A DNA stretch of 64,000 bases from Desulfuromonadales bacterium (GCA_033549025.1 JAWSUS010000001.1:235685-299684); one strand, 5' to 3'; positions 19,484 through 29,606 are shown, numbered from the stretch's first letter. The notes: a model not told the origin generated them from the sequence alone. A program made the numbers and translations.

Positions 19484-20578
19484 CTAACCTTCTGACAAGT
19501 TATGCAAAAGAGGGGCGAAAAGGGCCTCCGGGTCAGGAACATCTCTAACCAGACAGTCCCCGATTCCCTTGTTGAGCACCATGCGCAGAACCCCCTGCTT
19601 GACTTTCTTGTCCCGTCCCATGGCCTGCAGATATTGTTCAATTGAAAACGATGGGAAGGAAACCGGCAGCCTGAAGCCAACCAACAGGTTTTTGATGGCC
19701 TGCACATCCTGACGGGTGCAGAGCCCAAGAGACATGGCAACCTCGGACGCGAATGCCATTCCGATCGAAACCGCCTCTCCATGGCGAAAGGTGCCATACC
19801 CGGTCAGCGTCTCAACCGCGTGTCCAAACGTGTGTCCAAAATTGAGTATAGCCCTTAAGGAGCTTTCTTTTTCATCAACTTCTACAACATCCGCCTTGAT
19901 TTGGCAAGACATCTTTACCGCGTGGATAAGCGCCTGAGGGTCCTGTTTTAAAAGCCTGCCCCCGTGAGAACAGAGCCATTCAAAAAACGTGTCATCACGG
20001 ATGATGCCATACTTGACAACCTCGGCCAGCCCTGCGGAGAATTCACGTTCAGGCAAGGAAGCCAGAGTTTCCACATCAATATGAACGTGGACGGGTTGAT
20101 AGAAAGCCCCGATCAGATTTTTACCAAGGGGGTGATTGATCGCCGTTTTCCCCCCGACAGAACTGTCAACCTGCGACAGCAGCGTGGTTGGAACCTGCAC
20201 GAATGGAACTCCGCGAAGAAAGGTGGCGGCGGCAAAGCCAGTAATATCACCGATGACCCCTCCCCCAAGCGCCAGCAGTCCCGAAGAGCGGTCGAAACGC
20301 TTTTCGATAAGCGCATCATAGATTTGCTGCAACGAAGAGAAATTCTTAAATTCTTCCCCATCGTCAATAAGGATCGTAGTGGGTGAGAAATTGTGGGTCG
20401 TCAGGATCTCCTCAACACGCTGTCCGTATAATCCATGTACAGTCGGATTGCTGATAACAGCGACTTTCCGCGGGAAGGAAGCCGCGGCTAGGGCCACACC
20501 TAATTGGTCAAGAATTCCCTGACCGACCCAGATCGGATAGCTTCGCTCCCCAAGACCAACGACAATTTTTTCAGGCAC
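19484..20578 (-). CDS. aroB: 3-dehydroquinate synthase
   Basis: DGEEFK, ALGGGVIGD, VPTTLLSQVDSSVGGKT, LNFGHTFGHA, HGEAV; GTG start ~20578 overlapping the aroK stop. Confidence 0.96.
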   Translation of the reverse strand: MPEKIVVGLGERSYPIWVGQGILDQLGVALAAASFPRKVAVISNPTVHGLYGQRVEEILTTHNFSPTTILIDDGEEFKNFSSLQQIYDALIEKRFDRSSGLLALGGGVIGDITGFAAATFLRGVPFVQVPTTLLSQVDSSVGGKTAINHPLGKNLIGAFYQPVHVHIDVETLASLPEREFSAGLAEVVKYGIIRDDTFFEWLCSHGGRLLKQDPQALIHAVKMSCQIKADVVEVDEKESSLRAILNFGHTFGHAVETLTGYGTFRHGEAVSIGMAFASEVAMSLGLCTRQDVQAIKNLLVGFRLPVSFPSFSIEQYLQAMGRDKKVKQGVLRMVLNKGIGDCLVRDVPDPEALFAPLLHNLSEG

Positions 20579-21116
20579 GATGAGTCTCCCCTGAGAGCAT
20601 CTCAACAATGGTAAGTGCTACTTCAGATGGCTCTTGATTCTTCACAGCCACCCGAAGATCGGCTTGTTCGTACAACGGCTGTCTTTGGGCAAAAAGAGCC
20701 TGTACGTTTTCGAGGTCTTTACCGGTGACGAGGGGGCGGTCAGGGCAATCGGCTATCCTGGAAACAATGGTTTCCCAGTCATTTTCAAGATAAACGACCG
20801 TACCCAAACGACGCATCACGTCCCAGTTCCTGGCGCGACCCACTATACCGCCGCCGGTAGCCACAACACAATGCGTTCTTTGCGTCATCGCCTCCAGGGC
20901 TTCACTTTCAAGCGTCCTGAAATACTCTTCGCCTTTGATGGCAAATATATTTTTGATCGAAGTTTTGGCTCTTTCTTCAATCCAGTGATCCAGATCGACA
21001 AATTCACGTCCGGTTAAAGCTGCTAACACCCGACCAACGGTAGTTTTTCCTGCCCCCATAAAACCGACGAGAATAAGATGGTCAGATTTTTCGTAGGATA
21101 TACGGTTTTCTGTCAT
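20571..21116 (-). CDS. aroK: Shikimate kinase
   Basis: GFMGAGKTT, DLD, GEEYFR..E, ATGGG, RPL, R.PLY. Confidence 0.96.
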   Translation of the reverse strand: MTENRISYEKSDHLILVGFMGAGKTTVGRVLAALTGREFVDLDHWIEERAKTSIKNIFAIKGEEYFRTLESEALEAMTQRTHCVVATGGGIVGRARNWDVMRRLGTVVYLENDWETIVSRIADCPDRPLVTGKDLENVQALFAQRQPLYEQADLRVAVKNQEPSEVALTIVEMLSGETHRA

Positions 21117-21150
21117 GGGTTTCTTCGGTTCTCTTCCTGGCCTGCGCTCT

Positions 21151-21188
21151 ATGCAAAAAAGGACAGGTTACCCTGTCCTTTTTTGCAT
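21151..21188. terminator. Bidirectional-type rho-independent terminator between pilQ and aroK
   Basis: Perfect 17-bp inverted repeat ATGCAAAAAAGGACAGG / CCTGTCCTTTTTTGCAT with a 4-nt loop. Confidence 0.85.
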
Positions 21189-21206
21189 CATCTGAACTAA
21201 TTTTTA

Positions 21207-23828
21207 CTATTCGGAAATAATCCTCGGCGTAATAAAGACCAACAGTTCACGACGGTCATTGGACTTGTTGGTTGACTTGAACAAATGGCCCAATACAGGG
21301 ATGTGCATGAGAATCGGCACCCCTTGCGTGCTATAAGCTTCATTTTCAACGAAAATCCCGCCCAGTACCGTGGTCTCACCATCCTTGAGAAGTAGTTTGG
21401 TCTCCGCCTCTTTTTTGTCGATAGCAGGAGCAGTCGCGCCGGCGACCGTCGTCGGCGTGTTGTTGGAGGCCTTGATTTCCAGAATCACGGTATTGTCAGG
21501 GTTGATGATCGGCTTGACTTCCAATTCCAGGGTCGCATCGACGAACTCAGTCTTGGTTCCTGCATCACTGATCGACTGATAGGGTATCTGGGTTCCCTGA
21601 GAGATCGTAGCTTCCTCACCATTTAGGGTCGTTACCCGCGGCTTGGAAATAACCTTGCTCTGCCCCCGTGTTTCAGAGGCCGCCAGGCGCAGGTCCAGGA
21701 TAGTAGAATCAATACCCACATTGCCGAAGCGGATGCTGCCGCCAAGGCCAGGCGTCCCAACGGTGGAGGGGAGCAAGAAGCTGCCGCCGCCGGCCAATCC
21801 GCCAAGGGTCGGATCCAGGTAAGGATCGCCATCTCCACTGTAGGTGATTCCCCAATTGATACCCAGGTCGCGGCCAAAATTGGAGTTGGCCTCGACTATC
21901 CGGGCCTCGATCATGACCTGCTTCTCGGGTGTATCGAGGATCTTGACGAGTTTTCTCACTTCAGCGATGCGCGAGGCGATGTCACTGACGATAATCTGCT
22001 TGTTACGGGCATCTTCAGTGATTTTGCCGCGCTCGGTGAGCAATTCACGAGCGGGAGCTGAGACGTTTTTCAGATCGGTGTAGCTGACGCTAATCACTTC
22101 CGTCACCAGGTCTTCCAATTGTTCCTTGGTGCGGGCTGCAGTCAGCTTGGCTTCATCCATGGAGCGGATTTTCTCCTTGGGCAAAACGCGGACTACGTTA
22201 CCTTCCTGAATCATGCCCAATTCCTTGATTTCAAGGACGAGATCCAGAGCCTGATCCCAAGGCACATCGATAAGGCGCAGACTGATGTTACCCTTAACCT
22301 CTTCACTGACAATGATGTTCTGGTTGCTCACCTCGGCAATCAACTGCAGAATCTTGCGAATATCGGCATCATCAAAAACCAGGGTCACCTTCTCCCCAGT
22401 ATACTGAGGCTTGGCGACGGGAGTCAGGGTCGTTGGGCTTTCCTCAGACGCGTCAGAGTCCTGAGCCGATACAGTACCACTTTCAATCGGGGCGGCTACC
22501 GCGGTAACCGCGGGAGCTTGTTCCTGGGCTGGTACCGCGAGGCTCACGGTTTCAAGGGGTGCGGGAGCTGCTTCAGCATAGCGGCCATCCTGCACAATGA
22601 ACCGAACCTGATTGCCTTCCGTCTTCAGTTCATAGGGAACGGAACCTTTGAGTTCAGCGGCGAAACGAACGGTCTGACCGGCCTTTTCCTGTACCGTATA
22701 AGGCGTAATGAGCTTGACGGCACTAGGGAAGGCAGAAGCGTCAAAGACGCGACGCAGACTGCGACTGATATTGGCGTTTTTGACATCAAAAGAAACGATA
22801 TTCCCCTTTTTCACAGGCTTGCCGACGGTGGCAGCATGGGAAAGGCTGACCGTGAAGACGGATTGGCCATTTTCCGCACTGAAATCCAGAGCCTCAACAT
22901 CAACAGCGTTTGAAGAGGCATCGACAACCGGTGTCGAAGCCGAAGTCGCGGCGGCAACGGGAGCGGGGCTATCTTTCTTAACCTGCTCGCCGGACGTCCA
23001 GGTCACCAACACCTTGTCCTGTTCACTGTCGACGGTAAAATCCGGCAGTGCGGCACTGGAAGCGTCAAAGACGAAACGGGTTTTGTCCGGATAGTTGCCG
23101 ACCCTTATCTTGTCAAACCCATTCTGGGCCATGAAGGACTTCTCCGTAAAGGCTGGCTTTACCCCGAGAAGATCGACAACCAGGCGAGAGGGCGACTTCA
23201 GTGTGAAGTACTTAAATGAAGGCTCACCCGAAGTCAAGCTGAAAGCCGCTTTACCGGGGGTTACATTCACGGCGGAGATTACCTTGCCTGCAACAGCAAT
23301 TTTCGGTGCCGGTTCAGCGGCCTTCTTAACGGCAGGAGCAGGTGCCGCAGCAGTAGCCGTGGCAGTAACTGGCTTCGACTCGGCCGCGCCGCGGAACGTC
23401 AGGGTAAAGCGCTCTTTGACCAGCGACACATCATAGGCCGAGGGCTTGGAGAGAACCAACTCAACACGCCCCAGTTTGCCGGAAGGAAGTTCGGTGGTAG
23501 AGGCTTTGATTTCCTGTAGAGGGGACTGATTGACGGCTGTCAGGGGAGAAACCGCCGACACATCCATCCCAGGAAAGTCGATGACCACCCGAACTGGGTC
23601 GAAAGACTCGTAAACCGTGTACCGGTATTCTACGGGTTTTTCCGTCACCAACCCTACTACCGGCAAACCATTGGCTTCCTGAACCTGAATCTCGACCAGT
23701 CGGTTAGTCGAGGTTTTGGCCGGACTGTCAGCCGCCCCGGCGTATCCAGCCAAAACAAAAGTGGATACAAGAACAGCAAGTATGCTCACCCTGCCCAAAA
23801 ACAAACCACCAAATGACATACGCTTCAT
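21207..23828 (-). CDS. pilQ: Type IV pilus secretin PilQ with N-terminal AMIN domains
   Basis: Signal peptide, AMIN repeats (P.R.V.D), YTGEKVTLVF, VPWDQAL, QVMIEARIVE, G.T.VLGGI, P.L..IP.LG.LFK, ELLVFITPRI. Confidence 0.96.
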   Translation of the reverse strand: MKRMSFGGLFLGRVSILAVLVSTFVLAGYAGAADSPAKTSTNRLVEIQVQEANGLPVVGLVTEKPVEYRYTVYESFDPVRVVIDFPGMDVSAVSPLTAVNQSPLQEIKASTTELPSGKLGRVELVLSKPSAYDVSLVKERFTLTFRGAAESKPVTATATAAAPAPAVKKAAEPAPKIAVAGKVISAVNVTPGKAAFSLTSGEPSFKYFTLKSPSRLVVDLLGVKPAFTEKSFMAQNGFDKIRVGNYPDKTRFVFDASSAALPDFTVDSEQDKVLVTWTSGEQVKKDSPAPVAAATSASTPVVDASSNAVDVEALDFSAENGQSVFTVSLSHAATVGKPVKKGNIVSFDVKNANISRSLRRVFDASAFPSAVKLITPYTVQEKAGQTVRFAAELKGSVPYELKTEGNQVRFIVQDGRYAEAAPAPLETVSLAVPAQEQAPAVTAVAAPIESGTVSAQDSDASEESPTTLTPVAKPQYTGEKVTLVFDDADIRKILQLIAEVSNQNIIVSEEVKGNISLRLIDVPWDQALDLVLEIKELGMIQEGNVVRVLPKEKIRSMDEAKLTAARTKEQLEDLVTEVISVSYTDLKNVSAPARELLTERGKITEDARNKQIIVSDIASRIAEVRKLVKILDTPEKQVMIEARIVEANSNFGRDLGINWGITYSGDGDPYLDPTLGGLAGGGSFLLPSTVGTPGLGGSIRFGNVGIDSTILDLRLAASETRGQSKVISKPRVTTLNGEEATISQGTQIPYQSISDAGTKTEFVDATLELEVKPIINPDNTVILEIKASNNTPTTVAGATAPAIDKKEAETKLLLKDGETTVLGGIFVENEAYSTQGVPILMHIPVLGHLFKSTNKSNDRRELLVFITPRIISE

Positions 23829-23832
23829 ATCG

Positions 23833-24363
23833 CTAGACTCCTTCCCGCTGCGGAAGTTGGATTTTTTGAATACTTTGCTGTTCCTGACCCATCATGTCCC
23901 GATAGGTTTCGCGAACCAAGACGGCGTCTTTCTCGACCAGAGTCACCACACCGCCACTGCGACCTACCTTGACACCTCTTTTAAGAATATACGATTTCTG
24001 GTCAGGGGCGATGACCATGGCCACAGGGTCCCCCTTTCCAAGAATAATTCCGATCAATTTAAGTTGGGACAGATCAAATTTTTGAAGAGGGGTCAACTGT
24101 TCCGGCTCGGGCATGGAAGCCCTCCTGACCTGAACGACCGGTTGAAAGGGATCCCTCTTTCCTTCGGCTTTATAGACATAGGGGGGGACTGCCTTGACTT
24201 CCTCAGCGGCAGCGGCTTCTTCTTTGGGTTGTACCGGGGCCTTGGCAACAGGTTTACTAATCTTGGGCACGGTCGTCGGCATATTGCTATCAGAACCGCA
24301 TCCGCTAAGGGATCCCACAACCAGCACCATGGTGAGCATTGGCAAAAATAGTCTGCGCATCAT
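23833..24363 (-). CDS. pilP: Type IV pilus lipoprotein PilP
   Basis: Lipobox LSGC, KRDPF, PLQKFDLSQLKLIGI. Confidence 0.93.
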   Translation of the reverse strand: MMRRLFLPMLTMVLVVGSLSGCGSDSNMPTTVPKISKPVAKAPVQPKEEAAAAEEVKAVPPYVYKAEGKRDPFQPVVQVRRASMPEPEQLTPLQKFDLSQLKLIGIILGKGDPVAMVIAPDQKSYILKRGVKVGRSGGVVTLVEKDAVLVRETYRDMMGQEQQSIQKIQLPQREGV

Positions 24364-24365
24364 GT

Positions 24366-24971
24366 CTATTTCCTCTTCGTATTGGCGGGTTGCGCGGCGG
24401 GCTGATCGACAAATCGGAACGTTGTCGCCATGCAGTCGACCGACAGAATCGTGTCGTCCGAGTCCTTGCTTTTCCCCGCAGAAAGCTTCAGGTTGCCGAT
24501 ATTGACAATACGGGGCAGCTGACCCACTTCGTAGAAGAAAGAAGCGACCTGGTGAAATGACCCAACGAGCTTGAGCTCTACCGGTACGTCGGCATAGAAA
24601 CCGCGCGGCACTTCATTGCCCGGCTTGAACCTCAACACCTCCAATCCCTCGTCGTTGGCCAGCGAGGCGATACTCGACAGGAGGCTGGGGATTTCTTTCT
24701 GGTTGGGCAACTGGGTCAAGGCGGCTTCGAGCTGTTCCGACATTTTCTCGAACTCGGCTTTAAACTGGGGAAGATTGTTGGCAATGCGCCGGTCTTCCTG
24801 CAGTTTGGTTTCAAGAGTCGCGCTTTTTCTCTGCAGATTACGAAGTTCTTCCTGCTTGGGAAGATAAAGCAGATAGACAAAAAGACCAACAATGATCGCC
24901 ACCAGTCCAGCCAAAATAAGGATGCGCTGGTAAAGGGGCAATTTCAGAAGTTTTTCAACACGAGGATTCAT
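24366..24971 (-). CDS. pilO: Type IV pilus alignment protein PilO
   Basis: TM + coiled coil, LP..KEIPSLL, FY..VPV.L...GSFH. Confidence 0.95.
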   Translation of the reverse strand: MNPRVEKLLKLPLYQRILILAGLVAIIVGLFVYLLYLPKQEELRNLQRKSATLETKLQEDRRIANNLPQFKAEFEKMSEQLEAALTQLPNQKEIPSLLSSIASLANDEGLEVLRFKPGNEVPRGFYADVPVELKLVGSFHQVASFFYEVGQLPRIVNIGNLKLSAGKSKDSDDTILSVDCMATTFRFVDQPAAQPANTKRK

Positions 24972-24983
24972 GGTCAGGCCACC

Positions 24984-25550
24984 TCAATTTGTGGAAGGAG
25001 GGTTTTGGGCAGGCATTTGCGTCCGACAGGCAATTTCGAACTTATGCAATACGCTGTCCTTGTTGCGGGTCTGCTCCACAACCTTCAACTCGACATTTTG
25101 ATAATAGTCCGAAGATTCCAACTGTCGCATGAACTGGGCCACGGTCTCCTCGGTCAGGCTGATGCCGCTGATAGCGACACTGCCGCCCGTTTCCGAAAAA
25201 TTGACAATCCACATTTTTTCAGGAATGGACTGACTCAGTTCGTCGAGAAGCCTTACGGGCCCGGTTTTGCCGGCACTGAGCTTGTCCAGAATGTCCAGTT
25301 TTTCCCTAAGCTCTTCCTGGCGCTTCTTGAACTCGGCCACCTCGCCGATCTTCTTTTTCAACGAAGCAATTTCCGCCTCTTTTTGAGCAATGAGGGTCTT
25401 TTCATCACTGACCTTCGAGGACAGATTCATGTAGAGCCCACCACAGGCCAACAGCGCGAGGAGAAGAGTCACAGCAAGAACAGCCAACTGTCCCTTGACT
25501 ATCTCCTTCTTTCTGGTCGCTTTTACGGGTAACAGGTTGATCCGTATCAT
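24984..25550 (-). CDS. pilN: Type IV pilus alignment protein PilN
   Basis: MIRINLLP motif, TM, coiled coil. Confidence 0.95.
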   Translation of the reverse strand: MIRINLLPVKATRKKEIVKGQLAVLAVTLLLALLACGGLYMNLSSKVSDEKTLIAQKEAEIASLKKKIGEVAEFKKRQEELREKLDILDKLSAGKTGPVRLLDELSQSIPEKMWIVNFSETGGSVAISGISLTEETVAQFMRQLESSDYYQNVELKVVEQTRNKDSVLHKFEIACRTQMPAQNPPSTN

Positions 25551-26605
25551 TTATCCCCCGCCCTCCTCATCGCCAGGCCAACCCCGACGGTAAACATCGG
25601 GCCGACATTCTGGATGTATTCAGGGTCAAATTCCTTGCTATCGACACCCATCAACTCAAATGGATTAAACACTTCCACAGAAATACCCAGCCGCTTTTCC
25701 AGCATCCCCTTGACGCCAGGCGTTTGGGAAACACCACCTGTGATAAAGACTTTGTGAACCTTTTCATCAGCCGACGTCGCCGAGAAGAAGTCGAGAGATC
25801 GCTGTACTTCCTGGGCCAGACTTTCCGTCGCTGTAGCCACAATTTCCTGAACGGAGTCCGAATCGGCGCCTTCCACCTCTTCGCCACGCTTGGCCCGTTC
25901 GCTATCTTCACTATTGAGACCAAGGCGCTTTTGAATTTCGTCGTTGACCATATTGCCGCCGACCTGAACATCCCGGGTAAAGACGGTGTTTCCGGCCTTG
26001 AGGATGTTGACATTCATGGCGCTGGCCCCCATGTTGATCAGGGCAACCACCTCTTCATCTTCAACCCCCAGGCAGGACTCAAAAGCATTCTCGAGGGCAA
26101 AACAATCGACATCCATGACAACCGGCGTCAAGCCGCACTCGTTGAAGACCGCGACATAGTCGTTGACCATATCCTTCTTGGCCGCCACCAAGGTAACATT
26201 CATCACGGAAGGATCGTTCGCATCCGGCCCCAGGATATGAAAATCGAGATTTACCTCGGAGACCTCGAAGGGAATATACTGCTCGGCTTCCCATTGAATC
26301 GAAGCCTCCAGTTCATCTTCGGTCATAAGAGGCAGCTGTATCTTACGGATGATGACCGAATGACCGGACACCGAAGTAGCGACATTTTTTGTCTTGATCT
26401 TGAGGCTTTCCACCAGACCGCGAATGGCGTCCGCCAGAGCGGCAGAGTCCATAATGGCGTTGTCGACTATAACCTCGGTAGGCAATTCGGTCATGCCGAA
26501 AGTCACGAGGTGATACCTCCCCTTGGACTCCCGCAGCTGCACCAGCTTGACAGAACTGGAGCCGATATCGACACCGATCAAATCCTTATTCGACTTGAAC
26601 AACAT
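25547..26605 (-). CDS. pilM: Type IV pilus assembly protein PilM (actin-like)
   Basis: GVDIGSSSVK, WEAEQYIPF, TGG, VGLAMR. Confidence 0.96.
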   Translation of the reverse strand: MLFKSNKDLIGVDIGSSSVKLVQLRESKGRYHLVTFGMTELPTEVIVDNAIMDSAALADAIRGLVESLKIKTKNVATSVSGHSVIIRKIQLPLMTEDELEASIQWEAEQYIPFEVSEVNLDFHILGPDANDPSVMNVTLVAAKKDMVNDYVAVFNECGLTPVVMDVDCFALENAFESCLGVEDEEVVALINMGASAMNVNILKAGNTVFTRDVQVGGNMVNDEIQKRLGLNSEDSERAKRGEEVEGADSDSVQEIVATATESLAQEVQRSLDFFSATSADEKVHKVFITGGVSQTPGVKGMLEKRLGISVEVFNPFELMGVDSKEFDPEYIQNVGPMFTVGVGLAMRRAGDK

Positions 26606-26666
26606 GAATTCATCCTCGCAAAAAGGTTGATTGACTGCTGATACTCTTTAAACCACCGACATAGAA

Positions 26667-26682
26667 AGCAAGGTATATGCCA
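26667..26682 (-). promoter_or_regulatory. sigma54 (-24/-12) promoter of pilMNOPQ
   Basis: Minus strand TGGCATATACCTTGCT vs consensus TGGCACG-N4-TTGCW, ~60 bp upstream of the pilM ATG. Confidence 0.8.
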
Positions 26683-26689
26683 GCGAATT

Positions 26690-26890
26690 TTAATCTTCAG
26701 GAAAGACCTTATCCTTCTCCGACAGGGGCAATCCCAGCGCCAGGATGATTTTACGCATGGTGGCCATGCGACATGCCTCCCCTCGCTCGATACGATCCAC
26801 CGTCAAAGGTGACACCCCGGCCTTCCGTGCCAGTTCTGCCTTGCTCATAAGCAGGGATTCACGAATATCCTTCACACGGTTTGCGGCCAT
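26690..26890 (-). CDS. Small XRE/Cro-type helix-turn-helix regulator
   Basis: 66 aa: NRVKDIRESLLMSKAELARKAGVSPLTVDRIERG; RBS AAGGGGAG. Confidence 0.9.
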   Translation of the reverse strand: MAANRVKDIRESLLMSKAELARKAGVSPLTVDRIERGEACRMATMRKIILALGLPLSEKDKVFPED

Positions 26891-26909
26891 CCAGAGTAAC
26901 TCCCCTTAC

Positions 26910-26964
26910 ACATAATTGTTATGCAAATTGTGCATAATTATATGTCAGTAAAAACACCTGTCAA
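26910..26964 (-). promoter_or_regulatory. Consensus sigma70 promoter of the XRE gene with overlapping palindromic operators
   Basis: Minus strand TTGACA (26959-26964)-N16-TATAAT (26937-26942); palindromes CATAATTGTTATG (26911-26923) and CATAATTATATG (26933-26944). Confidence 0.75.
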
Positions 26965-27097
26965 GAACTATATTTCTATAACATATTGTTTTTTATAGAT
27001 AATTACACCAAAAACACAAGATAAAGCAAAAGACACCCCACTGCATCACAAGATATAGGGGGCAATAATGACAATTTTTTCAGATAAGAAGGATGGA

Positions 27098-27874
27098 TCA
27101 GGCAAAAAGGGAGAGGTACCAGGAGAGGATTTCATATCCCCAGAAAAGACAAATCAAGGCCCCCAGTGCCAGGAATGGCCCGAAAGGGATGGCCAGACGA
27201 CTGTCGGCCTTCTGGATGAGCATGACCGGCACGCCCACCAGGGTACCGAGAAGGGAACTAAAGAAGATGACGGGGAAAACCGCTTTCCAGCCCAAAAAGG
27301 CGCCGATCATGGCCAGCAGTTTGATATCGCCGCCGCCCATGCCTTCCTTTTTGGTCAGCAGTTCGTAGAGAAAGGCCACCAGATACAGGCTGCCGCCGCC
27401 AATCAGAATACCCAGCAACGAGTCGGCCCAACTGAGCCAAGGGACGAAGAAGGTACATACGAAGCCGATGGGAATGCCCGGCAGACTGATCACATCGGGG
27501 ATGATCTGGTGGTCGAGGTCAATAAAAGTGATGACCACCAGCAGGGCGGCAAAGAGCCAGTAAACCAGCGTGGCGGCCTGCAGCTCGAAGGTCCACAGCA
27601 CCAGCAGGAAAAGCCCGCCGGTCAGGGCCTCAACGGCCGGGTAGCGCCAGGGGATAGGCGTTCTGCATGATGCACAGCGTCCACGCAAAAAAATCCAGCT
27701 TAGGATGGGAATATTCTGATACCAGCGAATGCCGGCACCGCATTGGGGACACCGTGAAGGCGGTGAAATCACCGACTCCCCCGCCGGAACGCGATATATA
27801 CATACATTGAGAAAAGAGCCGATGACGGCGCCGAGGATGAAAGCATAGATCAGGAGTTGTGCAGGAAGGGGCAT
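27098..27874 (-). CDS. pilD: Prepilin peptidase / N-methyltransferase
   Basis: GSFLNVCIYRVP, CPQC and CASC Zn motifs, IDLDHQIIPD, GMGGGDIKL, IPFGPFL. Confidence 0.97.
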   Translation of the reverse strand: MPLPAQLLIYAFILGAVIGSFLNVCIYRVPAGESVISPPSRCPQCGAGIRWYQNIPILSWIFLRGRCASCRTPIPWRYPAVEALTGGLFLLVLWTFELQAATLVYWLFAALLVVITFIDLDHQIIPDVISLPGIPIGFVCTFFVPWLSWADSLLGILIGGGSLYLVAFLYELLTKKEGMGGGDIKLLAMIGAFLGWKAVFPVIFFSSLLGTLVGVPVMLIQKADSRLAIPFGPFLALGALICLFWGYEILSWYLSLFA

Positions 27875-27981
27875 TTAAAAAGCAGTCCTTTTGGATTAGC
27901 CTTAACATCCGCTTTGCAGCTACCCAACGCACGGAAATTCGATCTGCGTTGTCTTTGTAGCGGGACATGGGCCATTGGCCC

Positions 27982-28800
27982 TCACTGGCCGGGTTCAGGA
28001 TAAATCAATTTGAGCGTAGGCGCTTCCCATTGCAGCACATAACCCAAGCGCAAATTCGGTAGCGCAGCCAAGTAGTCAGGGATAAGGTCTTCCAGCGATC
28101 GGGCCTCTTCGCCGTGCTCCTGGCGGTACAGATCCAGAGCGCTCTGAACCATCAAGGCTTTATCAAAATTTTCAACCTCCTTAGCGTAACGCTCCTTAAC
28201 CCCCTCATGCTCTTCATTCTCGTAGAGCACCACCAACATATCCCTACCTGCGGCCAACTGCCCACCCCGGGCTCTCAGTTTACTGCTTAGCGAGGAAAAC
28301 CAAGTGGGCGCATCAGGCATTTGGGAAAGTTTCTCAAATATATCAGCGGCCTCGATCGGATCATTAAGGTACTTAAGATAATTAAAGGCCTGAAAAAAGG
28401 GAAAAAACAGATAGTCAGGATGAGCGGCGACGCCACGTTCAAGGATGTTGTTGGTTTCCGTAGCATACTCTTTGGAAATGTGGGGCAGAAATGACTGGGC
28501 AAAAAAATAAGTGTCTATAAACTTGGGATAGAGTTGCGCGCCTGTGTCGTAGTTCTGCGCCAGATTCGCAGCATAGGTCAGCTCGTCAAGACCCGTCAGA
28601 TTATTTCCACCCGTAAAAATAGCGGTCTTAACAAACAGGGAAAAGCCGGTCATATGCTGGCCATAACCACTGGCCACTTTTAGCGCCGGCGCCGGCATGG
28701 CGGGTGAAAGATAGCGGTCAGTCCAGTGAATTTCATTTTTGAACTGCCACCACAAACCGCCATAAACCAACAGGCAAATCAAGATAAGCAGGCGTTTCAT
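27982..28800 (-). CDS. Pilin-associated TPR-like membrane protein (XapA / myxobacterial PilG-like)
   Basis: N-terminal TM, helical repeats (LYPKF..TY, ILERG....P, F..AFNY...L.D...AA, P.AP.W); adjacent to the ABC pair downstream of pilA. Confidence 0.65.
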   Translation of the reverse strand: MKRLLILICLLVYGGLWWQFKNEIHWTDRYLSPAMPAPALKVASGYGQHMTGFSLFVKTAIFTGGNNLTGLDELTYAANLAQNYDTGAQLYPKFIDTYFFAQSFLPHISKEYATETNNILERGVAAHPDYLFFPFFQAFNYLKYLNDPIEAADIFEKLSQMPDAPTWFSSLSSKLRARGGQLAAGRDMLVVLYENEEHEGVKERYAKEVENFDKALMVQSALDLYRQEHGEEARSLEDLIPDYLAALPNLRLGYVLQWEAPTLKLIYPEPGQ

Positions 28801-29606
28801 TTGATATCCCGCGCATTGTAGATTTTTGCAGCCAGCACCAGGGCCAATCCGCAATAGAGCACAACATACAGGCTATCGAGCAGCAAACCAGACAGCGGCG
28901 GCAAACCATCCACCAGAATAACCAGCCCCTTGTAATCCCAGCGGTCAAAATTGGGAAAGAAAAAAGTCAGGCCCGTTAACGGGTGCCGACTGACGGAGGT
29001 GCCGCTTTTAAAGAATTCCATGGCCGCCGGCAAACCGTTGCAGATCAGATAGTAGGCGATGGTCAGCAGCAAAACACTAAAACCACCGCGCACCAGGCCG
29101 GAAAAGAGCGCAATCACTGCCAGCAACATGACCTGCAAACACAAAGCCCCACACCAGGACAGCACATACTCGGCCACACCCAGATGACTGAAGAATGCAG
29201 GACCTACCGAACCCTTGATTACCGCCAGAACCACATAACTGACCACAGCCAGCGTGCCATTCAGCACCAGCAACAGGCCGAACAATCCAACAAAAAGACC
29301 GACGACATATTCAGAGCGGGAAATCGGATGGGCCAGAAGCATCTGAATCACCCGGCGCTCTTCTCCCCAACTCATCACCTGCACCGCATGAAAGAGCAGA
29401 AAAAGCATGCCAGAAGCCCAGCCAATGGTCACAACGTAGTCCACCAGCACACGGCCGATATCGCGGGGTACGAAACCGAAGAAAAACAGACCACCGAGTT
29501 CGACAAACAGGGCCAGTAAAAAAAGCCCCAACAGGGCTCGTCGACGCATCCCGTCAATAAAAATCAGCCGCGAAAGAGCCAGGATTCGATTCAGCATAGC
29601 CATCAC
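28797..29606 (-). CDS. ABC-2 type permease (XapB / PilI-like)
   Basis: ~6 TM helices, E.R.I..LL..PISRSEYVVG motif, FPNF. Confidence 0.85.
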   Translation of the reverse strand: MMAMLNRILALSRLIFIDGMRRRALLGLFLLALFVELGGLFFFGFVPRDIGRVLVDYVVTIGWASGMLFLLFHAVQVMSWGEERRVIQMLLAHPISRSEYVVGLFVGLFGLLLVLNGTLAVVSYVVLAVIKGSVGPAFFSHLGVAEYVLSWCGALCLQVMLLAVIALFSGLVRGGFSVLLLTIAYYLICNGLPAAMEFFKSGTSVSRHPLTGLTFFFPNFDRWDYKGLVILVDGLPPLSGLLLDSLYVVLYCGLALVLAAKIYNARDIK

